DNA of 64,000 nt. It comes from Mizuhopecten yessoensis (Eukaryota). Positions within the stretch are counted from its first letter, which is position 1. Each line of letters opens with the position of its first letter. Under the pieces are notes generated by a model. That model was not told the origin of the DNA. It saw nothing but the letters and a program-made list of their open reading frames with translations, and made no database searches. A program made the translations under genes and the position numbers. Of this stretch, positions 1 to 14,100 are shown one piece after another. Location of the stretch: positions 1 to 64,000 of the forward strand of contig NW_018479853.1 of assembly GCF_002113885.1 (NCBI RefSeq), read 5' to 3'.

Positions 1-164
1 TTCAGTTATTTTATTTGTACAAACAAGACACATCTTTTTTTAAAAATTAACAATTAGATATAGATGTTGCATGTTATATTATTAGCTTTTTGGTATTGTA
101 CAATGACAGTTGAAATTCATTTGAAAATATTCATAATTTGTTGTTAATTCCACCCTAAAATACG

Positions 165-725
165 TTAATACTATCTGTCCTAACAACACACACATTTGTT
201 AATTCTACCTGTCCTAACAAGACACAAATATGATAATTCTACCTGTCCTCACAACACACAAATATCATAATTTTACCTGTCCTAACAGGACACATATTTG
301 TTCATTCTACCTGTCCTAACAAGACACAAATAGGATAATTCTACCTGTCCTTACAACACACAAATATCATATTTTTACCTGTCCTAACAAGACACATATT
401 TGTTGATTCTACCTGTCCTAACAAGACACAAATATCATAATTCTACCTGTCCTAACAACACAAATATGTTAATTCTACCTGTCCTAACAAGACACATATT
501 TGTTGATTCTACCTGTCCTAACAAGACACAAATATCATAATTCTACCTGTCCTAACAACACACATGTTTGTTAATTCTACCTGTCCTAACAAGACACAAA
601 TATGTTAATTCTACCTGTTCTAACAACTTAAATATTTGTTAATTCTACCTGTCCTAACAACACACAAATATCATAATTCTACCTGTCCTAACAACACACA
701 AATATGTTAATTCTACCTGTCCTAA
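165..725. repeat. Minisatellite, about 35-38 bp unit (aattctacctgtcctaacaagacacaaatatg...), about 15 copies
   Basis: Direct tandem repetition, most degenerate at the left end. The minus strand carries a donor-like GACAG|GTAGAA in each unit. Confidence 0.9.
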
Positions 726-1675
726 ACATTCCGTTTTTCTTATGATGAATTCTGCAATTGTCTGCAAACTAAGGCAGGTGTGAAGATGTGATGGCTTCTA
801 CAGTTTAATTATATCTCGTGGTGTTGCTCCACGTATTTCTGGTACAGCACTGAGTGATAGTTAAACAATTGTATCTTTTGCAAATGATTTGGTATCATTT
901 CATTCTCATAGTTTGGAAAAATTCATGTGTTTATAATATGTGTGTATATGCTGTCAACCATCTTTAGGTTATATGGCCCGTATGGGCAGAGGGGAAATAG
1001 AGGAAAAAATATAAAATGTTGTACAAATTAAAGGATATAAACCAAATTTGTTCTAGAGCATCTTTTAATTTGGACAAAGGGGACTCAAGTTTGCATAAAG
1101 ATAGGGTGTTGATGGTTTTTTTTTTATATACTTTTGACAAACAATTGGCAATATGAATTTCAACAAATCTTTCATAAGTGCCCTATAGTAATCACAGTGT
1201 CTGTCTGTATGTCTGCCTGTCCGTCAGCAATTTTGTTTCCGGAGATTATCTCGGGACTCCAAAAGGCCGAACTTAAACTTCACGTAGTGATACAGTGTGA
1301 TACATATAGATGTGCAAAGAACCAGGAGTTTCACAATTTAATCAGGTCAAAGTCAAGGTCGCTGTTTCTAAAAAATGAACAGTTGGACTATACTGTCAAA
1401 AACACATTATATGACCCTCAAAAGGCCAGATTTTGGAGAACGTTTTGTATGACATAATGAAGCAAAGTTGGTCATAATCAAACAAGAAGTCTACTTACCA
1501 AAGGTCAAGGTCATCGGGTCAAAGGTTAATTATAACATGTTTGTCTTAACTTGTGAACATTTTGTTATAACATTATGAAGCAAATTTGGTAATAATTAAT
1601 TCGGGGTCTGCGTATGCAATTAGTAATCATGATGTCTATCTATCCTCTGTCCGTCTGTCCTTCCGTTTGTCTGTT

Positions 1676-2150
1676 ATCACAGAATTACATTCCAAGATGT
1701 CTGTCACATAATTACCTTCCAAGATGTCTATCATATAATTACCTGCCAAGATGTCAGTCACAGAATTACCTGCTAAGATGTCAGTCACAGAATTACCTGC
1801 CAAGATGTCAGTCACAAAATTACCTGCCAGCAAGGATGTCAGTTACAGAATTACCTGCCAGCCAAGATGTCAGTCACATAATTACCTACCAAGATGTCAG
1901 TACTGAATTACCTGCCTGCCAAGATGTTAGTCACATAACTACCTGCCAGCCAAGATGTCTGTCACAGAATTACCTGCCAAGATGTCAGTCACAGAATTAC
2001 CTGCCAAGATGTCAGTCACAGAATTACAGGCCAAGATTTCAGTCACAGAATTACCTGCCAGCCAAGATGTCAGTCACAGAAATACCTGCCAAGATATCAC
2101 TCACAGAATTACCTGCCAAGATGTCAGTCACAGAATTACCTGCCAAGATG
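1676..2150 (-). repeat. 27/31-bp minisatellite built from the exon end plus splice donor of gene A (catcttggcag|gtaattctgtgac), about 17 copies
   Basis: The rightmost unit is the real junction at 2140/2139; copies decay leftward. Confidence 0.9.
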
Positions 2151-2868
2151 AAAAATTGAAGTTCAATGGGTTGGAAGCTGTTCCAAACGCGGTGTTGAAT
2201 GTGACGGTGTCGGTGTCATTGAAAACGTAGGATTCTTCTCTGACCAAGGAACACTGACTACAAAGAAATAAAGAGTGTGATATTAACTTAGGTACAATAT
2301 TTCTATTAATAAAATACAACGTCATGCAATATAGCTGTTACAAAAAAAATAGTTTTCTATTTTTAACCTGATATCGTGAAAATCTTACTTTTCCGTTTAG
2401 ATACATTTTATTGTATAGAATATATTTTGATATACAGTTCATGTTATAAAGAAAATTAATAAGATATCCGATATTAAGATATTACATATCTGTCATGAGA
2501 TATCGTTCATATTACACATGTATATGGAATATCTAATAAAGTGTATGTCTCATTATCATATTATATATGATATAGAAAATAGCTGATGTAATAAAGGAGA
2601 TATAATCAGCATTAACATTGCTCCTTGCAATTTGGGTAAATTTGACATGCAACGGTGTCGTTGACATCAAATGGAAATGTTCCTGAAATGTTTGTGTCTA
2701 CCTGGATGCCGGCTGCTGGTTCAGACAGATGAGAAATTGTGGGTCGCACTGGTTTCTACGACAGTTTGTCATAAGGAAGTGATCACAGCACTGTCCAGAG
2801 GCAAGCTGCTGAGTGGGGTTGTCATAAGCCAGAAGTCTCAATACCCCCGTCCCTCCTGGACAGACAGC
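2140..2868 (-). CDS. Gene A: Delta/Serrate-like protein, two exons of the N-terminal MNNL(C2) domain (partial model)
   Basis: Exon 2868-2702 reads AVCPGGTGVLRLLAYDNPTQQLASGQCCDHFLMTNCRRNQCDPQFLICLNQQPAS (phase 2). Exon 2257-2140 reads QCSLVREESYVFNDTDTVTFNTAFGTASNPLNFNFSSWQ (phase 0). Both have AG/GT ends, the same phases as gene B exons 2-3, and the Delta-type CC...C.....ICL and NP..F.F..W motifs. First and downstream exons are not firmly located. Confidence 0.8.
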
Positions 2869-4179
2869 CTGCGGATATCAGATACTTATAATTAAATACA
2901 TTTTATATACATTGAAAGGACGTTTGAAATAAAATATCATTTGTCGATATTAACGGTGTTACAAACTGTTGGTGGAAACAGTTGATATGCGCCCCTTTAA
3001 GTCAGGATGTACCGAGTCATGTGAGGCGTTATAGCGATACATTCAAACTATATACAAGATTAATATTTAAGCTTAAGTTGCAGGTTTTTTAGTTAGTAAA
3101 CCTTTAAAGACAGTAAAAATCGGATAACATGTAAATATCAATAGCTTTCTTGGAAACCATACTCACTGGAATCGCACACAAGAGTAAAAATCCAGTACGT
3201 GCAATAGAAGTCATGATCAACTTTCTTGTTCACCACGGGATTGTAATTTTACATGTAAAACAGTCCATTGCTGACGACAAAAATATTAAAACCTTGTGTT
3301 TTGAAGTGAACGTTTAGTACACTGATCAGACTTAGTACCCGAGGTCTGTTCTGCTCTTAACAGACACGATTCTATGAGTGTCTATTGGTGTATTAAATAG
3401 TGGAGATGACAGTTTATTCTACACTGACTGACAACTGATATTACAACCAACAAACAAAATATGTCGGTCAGTATATGAAGGAGACTTTTGTGATGAAGAC
3501 TTAATCAAATTCTGCAGGCTGTCCTTTCATTTCACAAGCCGTTAAGATAGGACACGGACTGGCGGAGGGAGACTTATCTTCCACATGTTGGTAAGCCGAT
3601 GTCTTTGAACTATTAATCTGACCTTACCTCCTTTAGGACAATCACAAATATTAAATAGGGTCAGTGTTTACGAGCTGTCCACCACAATGATTAGCCAGTA
3701 TTCAGGAGGATATAACACCGTGATGGGTATATTGAGCCGTAGTATATTTATATACCGTATAGCGGGTTCCTCCGCTTCCCGTTCTATGTTTCAAGGCGAA
3801 ATAAAACATTTACTGATTACTCTTTTGTTTGTGCTCTATGTTTGAAATTATGTATTGGAAATAAACCCCACATTTTACATAAAACTGGTATCAAATATCT
3901 TATTGGTTTGGTAAAAATCTTCAAGTTCAGGACGACTTTTGCCACGTGGACTGAATGCTGTGGGAAAACATAGAACATTTTTACGGCGTGGGATAGGCTG
4001 TTCTACAACGAACGAATCTTCTCGCAGTTTGTGAGTTATAAATTGGACCTACATGACAGAATCTCTTGTTGTCGCTGATATCCTTTTCTTTATAGGTAAT
4101 TTAATATAAAACTTCCTCAAAACAGAGAAGCCATACATAGTATAATGAAATTGATTGTATCTCTAGGACATTCAGAAAC

Positions 4180-5485
4180 TACAGGCCCTCTCTGGGCCTC
4201 TTTCGCACACCTGGATATCTAAGCAATCATGGCAAAATATTCTCCACCCCAAGGCCAATCCTTGTAGCATATCTGGATTTGATTTTTTATGCCCAGCAAT
4301 TTAATGTATGGTTATGGGGTGGGGATCTCAATTGTTTCCAAGCTGTGACTCAGAAACTAGGTCCCTAGGGTTGTGGCCAGACCCTGCGGTCAATTCTAAT
4401 AGCATGACTGCATTTGTCTCTTTATGCCCAACAATTGTATATATAGTTTTGGGGTGGGGATCTTAACCGTTTCAAAGATATGACCAATGGGTTAAGTCTC
4501 CAAGGGTGGGGCCAGACCCTAGAGCCATCCTGAAAGCAAATGTGCATTCCTCTCTTTATACTCAGCAATTGTATATATGGTTATATGGTGGGGATCTCAA
4601 CCATTTCCAAGTAATAATAAAAAAAAATGCCCCACCCCTTAGCCCGGAGGGTCAGCCCCACCATTTGTACTATTTTGAATCCCTGCCTCCCATGAATGCT
4701 TCCGACCAAATATGATCAATATCCATGGTATAGTTCTACGGAAGAAGTCGTTTATAGCAATATAGCCAAATTCCCCCCTTTTGGCCCAGCCCTCAGCCCC
4801 CTGGGGGGTCAGCCCCACCATTTGTACAATTTTGAATCCCCACCACCTAGGGATGCTTCCAGTCAAATATTGTTGATTTCCAGAGAAGAAGTCGCTTAAA
4901 GTAATAGAACTAAATAACCCTTTTTGGCCCCGTCCCTCAGCCGCCACGGGGGTCAGCCACACCATTTGTACAATTTTGAATCCCTGCCTCCCATGAATGC
5001 TTCTGATTAAATATGATTGATATCCAGTGCATAGTTCTACAGAAGAAGTCGTTTGTAGAAATATAGCGAAAATGCCCCCTTTTGGCCCCGCCCCTCAGCC
5101 CCCTGGGGGTCAGCCCAACCATTTGTACAATTTTGAATCCACACCACCTAGGAATGCTTCCAGTCAAATATGGTTGATATTCATCTCTTAATTCCAGAGG
5201 AGATGTCGCTTAAAGCAACATAGCCAAATTGCCCCCTTTTAGCCCCACCCCTCAGCCCCCTGCGGTTCAGCCCCACCATTTGTAGAATTTTGAATCACCA
5301 CCACCTAGGGATGCTTCCAGTCAAATTTAGTAAAATTCCAATCAGTGGTTAAGAAGAAGAAGTCGTTTAAAGAAATTGTAGACGGACGGACAGACGGACG
5401 ACGGACGACGGACGGACGGACGGACGACGGACGCCACGGTATGGCATAAGCTCACCTTGGTCCTTCGGTACCGGTGAGCTAAAAA
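4180..5485 (+). mobile_element. Non-autonomous Helentron/HINE (pearl-like) element with about 160-bp internal tandem repeats
   Basis: Internal repeats (ccccttttggcccc...tcagccccaccatttgtacaattttgaatccc), a (ggac/gacg)n microsatellite at 5380-5435, and a terminal hairpin agctcacc...ggtgagct followed by aaaaa. Confidence 0.75.
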
Positions 5486-6668
5486 CTGAATTATGTCATA
5501 AATGTGGACAAATGTATAACGATATATATACCCACATAGTTTTGCAATGTGATTGTACAGAAGACTTACGAGATCAGTTATGGTGTCAGGTCATTAATAC
5601 ATGTGAACTTATGTTTAGCGTATATTTACACCCTCATTCAGACTATGAATTATTTCACCTACTGATTGGTGGTAATATAACGTATGAACTGAATACATTA
5701 GAGTAAACAGAATTTCGTTTGGCATCAGTCAATCATATTTCAAAAATGCTTAATGCATACTTCGAATGATTATTCAATACTTTTGTGTATATCATTCTTA
5801 ACATTATTAATTATGTATTCTTTTGTAAACTGTACTCAAATTGATTAACCTATTTCTATTGTGTTAACTAATTATATGTATGTTGTGCACTAATTGTGCC
5901 TTATCATCTATTTGATGTTGCATTCATTATCTTATTTATCATTGTAACTACGTTATTCTGTTTGTAAAATCTTCTTAAAGGAGGAAATAAACAGAATTAT
6001 AATAATATCTTTCAGAGAAATAATGGGTTCACGTATGTGAAGAATCAGTTCCCTCTGTCGAACAATTTAAACATGGTTGAATAAATTTAAAAGGTTTTAT
6101 CATTCGATTACAGAAACACATTGCACATGTGCTTACCAAAATAGCATTGAACTATTATCATATTCAGAAAGCATATTGAAATAGCATAGGACACCCATGC
6201 GAAGCGCACTCGTTATATACTCCTCCGCCACCACAAACTCATGCTATCCGAATACTCAGATCAACACATATGTGTGGTTTTGCCTATTTATTGGCATAGG
6301 GGAAATATCAAAATTGTATAGGACTTTCTGATGTATGAAGCATATATATTTAAATAGCATATAACTTGTTATCGGCATAGGGAAGATATCAAACAAGCAT
6401 AGAACTAGTTACTGATAGAGGATGCATATCAAAATAACAAATTAATATTTACCGGCCCTGACACTCAAATGTATTCATTAGTGCGGGGATTTAAAAAGGG
6501 TGCCCTGACAAAATATAACATTAAAATGACGTCACGATAACGACGGTAATAACGTCATAACCACTTATCTTTCCCGAAATTTGATTTCAGTACATTTCAA
6601 TATTCTTCAAAACTATCAATATGATTTTGTTATGGTCAACTTCGAGTTGGAAAGAAGTGATCGATCAG

Positions 6669-6918
6669 GCCCTGTATTCATGAAACCGATCTCATGCTCA
6701 AGCATGGATTCTGTGCTCAAGTCAGCTTTCTTGTCACTGGCTTAAATCATGTCAAACGACCAAAAAGTCACATGTAAACATTCTTTCGGCTTTAAGCCTC
6801 TTCAATATTTTTTTACAAATCATTGGCAAAAATAAATAATTTATGACGGAACTGAGAAATTAGACTTGAGCACAGAATTCATGCTTGAGCAACGAGAACG
6901 GTTTCATAAATACGGGTC
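6669..6918. mobile_element. PIF/Harbinger-like MITE, copy 1
   Basis: About 50-bp terminal inverted repeats (gccctgtattcatgaaaccg...cggtttcataaatacgggtc) flanked by CAG on both sides; a second copy lies at 52658-52920. Confidence 0.8.
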
Positions 6919-7564
6919 CAGCTGGTCTTGAAACAAAATCGCAAATTTGACATTTTACGGAGAATCTGATTTTTCATTGGAATTCCTGAAATTAATACTC
7001 TTTTTAGCGAGAAGTCACTGTATCATCTCACCGCGACACGTCCATGGTATTGTTTGAAGAGTATGATGAAACTTTCAACCAAAATTGCATAAGATTTTGG
7101 ATCGTTTTCATAGAACTGAGAACCGTTATATGATGCAACACGCAGCCCTATCATGGTTAACATACGGCTACAGTACATACTACTACAATGCATAACTCCA
7201 GGAAACTACAGTACCCAACGCGTGTAGATAAAGATGTCCATTTCAGGACTTGTTTATCAGTACAGCTCCTGCAAATGAAGCTAGTTATGTTTACGTTTTA
7301 TTATTATGGAAATTAAAAAACGATGAATGTAGTTTTCGTTTTAATTTTTCAAATGAAGTTCAATCATAAGATACCAGTATTTGATACAGTTATACCAGCC
7401 GCTGACTCTAATTAAACTCATGGACCAGACGGCGCGTTGTTTCACTGGTACTTAAAATACTGGAGATTGTAACTTAAGACTTGGGTAAGTCTACCACAGT
7501 GCCTGCAGTGAAGTTTACGAAATTTCTAGACTTTGGATCAAGTTACACAAAGTGTGGGAATCAA

Positions 7565-7766
7565 GCTCCACGTCGGCAGTTTCCTGATTGGTCATAATAG
7601 CGGCAGGATTGTTTTTGATTGGCTTATGTCCAAGTAGAGTATTCTAGAAGAACCCCATCCCGAGGCAACAATACAGCTTCCCGACCCCCTCAGTCAACAC
7701 AGTCTGTCCGGAACGACGGGACTGCTATTATCATCCCAGAAGTGTTAAACTTACTGCAGGTAAGGT
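7565..7766 (+). promoter_or_regulatory. Candidate promoter and non-coding first exon of the calumenin-like gene
   Basis: CCACGTC (XBP1/UPRE-like core) at 7568, inverted CCAAT boxes (GATTGG) at 7586 and 7617, and a strong donor CAG|GTAAGG at 7760/7761. The next acceptor (11147) lies 9 nt before the ATG. Confidence 0.5.
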
Positions 7767-9139
7767 GATTAAATCTATCTGATATGTTTGTTACATGTGT
7801 AGCACAATACCACGGGTGTTAATTATATTAGTACGTGTAGACACATGTTTACACATGATTTGTTATTGTCCACGTCTACATGACAACCAGAAGGCTGCAT
7901 CAGCCTCCATAACAGGTCTTTCTTTGCACCAATACTGATTTCGTAGATTTGTACAGAACATGCATGCCTAGGCAAAAAAAAAACAAAAAAAACCTAAACC
8001 TTATTCCAACTACATTTACTTGTGAAAGTCATAGTATTTACGTATAAAACATGCAATTTACTATAGCAAAGTGATCAATCATACCTTTTAGCAATTTTGT
8101 TGTCAATATTGAGTTATAAATGTTAAAATATGCAGTTTTATATGGTTTTTTTTTGAGGAAACCAGATTCGACCAGTATTGGTATGATGGTTTAAGTAGTA
8201 TACCCTTTACTCGTACCACTGGCCCCCTGTAAGGAGGCTGCTGACACGTCACCAGGGCGATCTCACTGAGCCTTACAATTATACTGGCTTCCACTCCCCT
8301 ACTTCTACTATAGCCTTTCACCACGTAGCTCAAATTACTAGTAGTCGAAACTCAGGTTCTGGTCATCCTGGAGAAAACACTATTGAGTATTGGTAGGTCA
8401 TCCGAGTGGTCATGATAATAGGAATCTCATTTAGGTCTTAATAGATTCAACATGTAGAGGGAGCCAGTCTACTTACAGATTTTGTAAATTATACATGTAT
8501 ATTATGATTTTATTTGCACAAATACACATTATGAATTCTTGTGACACATGTGTTTTAAATTATTAAAGTCCGCACGCTTTGGCTTGAAAACAACGAAGAA
8601 TGGGAAGTGAGTATGACTACGTCATCACTGTTTTTACCACATAACTTAACTACATGTACTCATTAGTACGTATACCATATAACTACTCATTAGTACGTAT
8701 ACTGAACTGAACCTACCGTAACGTCATCAGTAGGTTCTAATCCGGAAATAGGAGGTTGGTTCGATTTTGTCAAGGGCCTTTGTCATAAGAGCGGAAATAT
8801 CCTAAAACTCTTATTTTGATGATAGTTTTTGATTGTAGGTATTTGGCGATGTTCTCTTTTATATTTCGACGACAAAATGTCAAATCGACAAAATAAAAAA
8901 ATAAAAATCAGCGCCATCCAGTTTGTAATTTTCAATAGAGTTATGAGAAAAACTTTTCACCCATTTACGTAATTTATATTTTAAATTTAACGGTGTATTT
9001 GATGATAAAATAGGTCATGAAAAATGTTACCAAAAAATTAAGATAACATGTACAATTAATTATTTGTCACGGTGACAAACTTCTATTCTAAAACTGGTCT
9101 TTAAGATATTTTGACACGATTGTTATTTGTTGTCCCTGT

Positions 9140-9425
9140 GTTGTTAAGGTAATTCATTTGTACAAACCTGCTAGCCCATCATCCAAGCATGCCTCTTGCA
9201 AATGGTACATTGTATGACGCTAGGACTCTTATGATTATTGATCTTGAGAGTAAGTCAAGGTCATTCTTCTGACCAAACTTGCCCTTCATTCCAGCATGCT
9301 TCTGGTCAATTATCATGGCCCATGACCTCTTAGTTGTGAAGAAGGTGTTTTAAGGGAAAAGTTGACGTCACCGGACGCTGCCCACTGCCATAAGCTCACG
9401 TGGTGTTAGGGCAGGTGAGCTTAAA
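9140..9425 (+). mobile_element. Degenerate HINE/Helentron 3' fragment
   Basis: Ends in ataagctcac...ggtgagctt, like the element at 4180-5485. Confidence 0.5.
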
Positions 9426-9494
9426 CTACTACAAATAATCAATAAAAGATAATATCTGGCAGTTATCAAGTTTTAAATACGTTTTGTATATGTC

Positions 9495-10262
9495 AAGCAA
9501 GTGCTATGTATAGTATATAACCCCTAAGAAGTGCTATGTATAGTATATACCCCCTAAGAAGTGCTATGTATAGTATATACCCCCTAAGAAGTGCTATGTA
9601 TAGTATATACCCCCTAAGAAGTGCTATGTATAGTATATAACCCATAAGAAGTGCTATGTATAGTATATAACCCATAAGAAGTGCTATGTATAGTATATAA
9701 CCCATAAGAAGTGCTATGTATAGTATATAACCCCTAAGAATTGCTATATATAGTATATAACCCCTAAGAAGCGCTATATATAGTATATAACCCCTAAGAA
9801 GCGCTATATATAGTATATAACCCCTAAGAAGTGCTTTATATAGTATATAACCCCTAAGAAGTGCTTTATATAGTATATAACCCCTAAGAAGTGCTTTATA
9901 TAGTATATAACCCCTAAGAAGTGCTGTGTATAGTATATAACCCCTAAGAAGTGCTGTGTATAGTATATAACCCCTAAGAAGTGCTTTATATAGTATATAA
10001 CCCCTAAGAAGTGCTGTGTATAGTATATAACCCCTAAGAAGTGCTGTGTATAGTATATAACCCCTAAGAAGTGCTTTATATAGTATATAACCCCTAAGAA
10101 GTGCTTTATATAGTATATAACCCCTAAGAAGTGCTGTGTATAGTATATAACCCCTAAGAAGTGCTATGTATAGTATATACCCCCTAAGAAGTGCTATGTA
10201 TAGTATATAACCCCTAAGAAGTGCTATATATAGTATATAACCCCTAAGAAGTGCTATATATA
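9495..10262. repeat. 30-bp minisatellite (aagaagtgctatgtatagtatataacccct), about 25 copies
   Basis: Direct tandem repetition. Confidence 0.95.
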
Positions 10263-11156
10263 CATGTATGACAAGTCACTACTAGTCCTTGGTCAAATGC
10301 GTGGAAGTTTATTCAACTTCTTCTGAAACTTGGAGTGTCATGCTGGGATGAATCACTATAGCATGACGTTGGCCATTTTCAAAATGAGTATCAACCTTAT
10401 AAGCTTTGGAATTGTCAAGAGAGCTAGGATCGTGATATTTGGCCAGTATATCTGTAGGATGCGTAAAATATGTTGAAATCTTTAAACAATTGTAATTAAA
10501 GGTTGTGAAAGCATTGAAGTGGTCATATAAAATGAGTTAGCGTTACATGTGTCGACTTAGGTAGCTGAATTACTGCTGTGGCGCCTCAACAATTCAGCTA
10601 CCTAGGTCAACTTAACATCTTACAATTCATATATTTAAATTAGTTAATATTTCTTAAACAGTGGACATTTAACTCTATTTTATTTTAAGAAATTTTCAAC
10701 CTAATGTGAAATTATTACACCTTAAAAATATGGTTTAGTTCAGATATCTCCATTTCAATAATGCATATATGATACAGTATCATTAATTAACTTCAGATTA
10801 TCTCAATATCATTTTAAGATATCTCTCTGACCAAATTATGAAATATTCTATTACGAATTATCCAAAATTCATAAGCTGGGTACAATGACGGATGGTGGTA
10901 GCTGGTAGATCCCCAGGGGCTCTGGACCATTGACACATACATTAGTGTGGTCAGTGTCTATACAGCTATATTATCGAGTCCCTGTGGGTGAATGTGTGTA
11001 CGTGTATATGTATACAAACAGACTGGTGTCGGTTTGCAGTGAGTAGTACGTACTGTGCTGCTAGGGAGGGGGGTATACAAAAGGGTCATAGTTCGTACCT
11101 CACATACGTGTAACTGTTGGTACAGAGGGTCTCAGTTTTTATTTCAGACGATCGAC

Positions 11157-14100
11157 ATGCGTTTCTTGAGATTGACGGTGGTGTTGGCCGTGTTGGTCAC
11201 GTTTGCACGTGGACTGGTAAGTAGTTTGACATTATCCTACCACTGTAGACTGGTCCCATCCTACCCCTGTAGACTGGTCCCATCCTACCCCTGTAGACAG
11301 GCCCCAGTCAAGATTATTAACTTATTCGGAGAAGTGCTCAACAATGAGGTATTCATTTAAACAGCCATTCTTCAGTAAAACCACACGTTACTGGAGCCAT
11401 CGTTATGGTTTTCGTCGTATCGAACAAGGTTTTGTAGTATTTTCTTATACAAATGTGTGAAGTACGTGGTTTTTGATGACAGGAGAGTTGCTTACAACTG
11501 TTAGCGTACGTGTACCACCCGCTTGGCCTCGTTTGCAGTGCTCTTCACATTTCGCTGTGTGAAATCAGTCAACGGATACATTTTGCTTCTCCTCTAAAAA
11601 ACGTCAGTATTGAGTCCCTATGATTCAACCACAGGGGCTAGCAATGCTTGTTTTTCTTATCCCATATAAATCGTTGCTAGCCCCTGTGATTCAACCGTAT
11701 CTACTGCGCACCCTAGGATGGAAACATAAAAGTATCTTTACTAAAATACATTTCACAAAATACGTTTCATTCCTTCGCTCACTTCGCTCACGTTGTATGT
11801 GTACATACTTAATCCCGACAATAGACGCTTTATACATGTTTATATGTTAATAGAACCACAGGCACTTTAGCTGGAACGAGGGGGATCGGAGAGGAGAAAA
11901 CATTTGTATTTACATACGTAATATAGACAAGATTTACCACGACGCCCGGATCGAAATAAAAGTTTTTTTCACACAATTCTCCTTCTTTCAAATATATTGT
12001 ATTATATATGTAAAAAGATGTGTTTTACGAACCTGTATCAAGAATGGCCCGAAGTCCATATCTAACAACGTTACAGTAGTAATGCAGCTGTTTTAGACAT
12101 CCATCCATCTGGAATAGACAGTCGGTTACCGAAAAGGCATCATTATCGCTTTACGGACAATACTATACAGCAATCAAAAACTCACTGAAATAATTAAGTT
12201 ATTTGTAACTCGAAATATGATTGGTTTGAAATAATTAGATTATTTGTAACTCGAAATATGATTGGTTTGAAATAATTAGATTATTTGTAACTCGAAATGT
12301 GATTGCTTTGAAATAATTAGATTATTTGTAACTCGAAATGTGATTGGTTTGAAATGATTAGATTATTTGTAACTCGAAATGTGATTGCTTTGAAATAATT
12401 CTTTTACCTCTGCTTATCTTTCAATCAGAATGTGCATAACAGATCGCCTGGGCTACAAGTACTTCTGTAGGCAAATCTGTGATAGAACTTTGATCATCTG
12501 TAATAAGCCTATACATTTGTGAATGTGTGCATGTCTTCGATCGCTCATCTACTCATACATTATTATTACAATATCCTATTATAAAACCGTATGTAATACC
12601 ACATCAAATAGTGATAAAAACACACATACATGTAAAGACAAAACCGAATCGTATACCAATCATATAATAGCATTATCAATCACATAATAACAAAATCATA
12701 TTTAATGACAATATCAACTCTACATGTAATGGCAAAAATTAGTCAAGCAATGAAAAAGTCATAGTTCAAAATGTCACACATTAAAAAGTGACATCATAAC
12801 CTCATCTATGATATAATGGAAAATGAAATAAGAATACAAAACCTGTTGTATTATTGTCACGTGCCTCGTCAGATACTGGAGCTGGTACTGACATTTTAGA
12901 ACAGTGCTGCCTAGACAAAGTAGTGAGCAGATATTGTAACATTTCAGTCGCTTTCCGACCTGCCCCACGAGGTTGATGGTAAACATAATGATCACTATGA
13001 CCACGAGGTGTTCCTAGGGAAGGATAATGCCGAGGAGTTCGAACAGCTGACGGAACAGGAGAGCAAGCGCCGCCTAGGGTAAGTAGTCTCCGCTCAAAAC
13101 GCTGCTGAGCATATATGTAAACTAATTTGCTTTATACAATGTCCTTTATATACAGTCTCCTATATATGCAGAGAGAACATATTGTAACGTTGTTGCTGTA
13201 CAGGCTTATCGTGGACAAGATAGATAAGGATGGAGACGGGAGGGTCACGGAGGGGGAACTCAAGGACTGGATTTGGTACGTCCGCATCAGCTTTGTGGCC
13301 AACGACACAAACAGAGTCTGGATCGTTCTCGAACACGAGGATAACAAGCTGTCATGGCCAGCTTACCTCCGCAAAACATTCGGATACGCTGATGGTAAGT
13401 GATTATTATTCAAACGGGCACGTGTAAAACGTTCTCTTTAACGTACACGTACATGTACATGTACCTACGTGTGTGTCAACCTGTCTTTAACAGAATATAT
13501 ATCAACATGTCTACATTGGACACGCGTATCACTCTTCTTACTTATGTTAAAGGACACTTGTATTTACCTGTCTATAACGGGCATATATTAACCTGCATAA
13601 AACGGATATGTTACAACCTGTCTATTACGGACACGTCTGCTAACATATCTATAACGGATACTTGTAACAACCTTCGTACACATTAAGAACACATCAATCT
13701 GTCTATAACGGACATGTATATTTACCTGTATAGAACGAACATATGTATTTACTTGTTTTTACACAAGAATAAATCATTCTGCCAAAATTGACATGTTTAT
13801 TAGCCTGTCTATAACGGACAAGTATTAGCTTATTGAAAGCGAATATGTAAGTAATTGTCTATAACGGACACTCTTTATAAGATGTACGTCACAACCTGTC
13901 TATAACGAACACTTTAGGCAACCTGTCTATAACGGATACATGTATAAACCTTCTTACATATTAAGGACACATGATCAGCCTATCTGGTATGTCTGTTACA
14001 GAGAACGTTGATAGTCCCCACTCACCCTTGTACAAACACAGGGAGAGGGTGAAGGAGGAACGACGTCGCTGGGAGGCCGCCGATATCAACAAGGATAATC

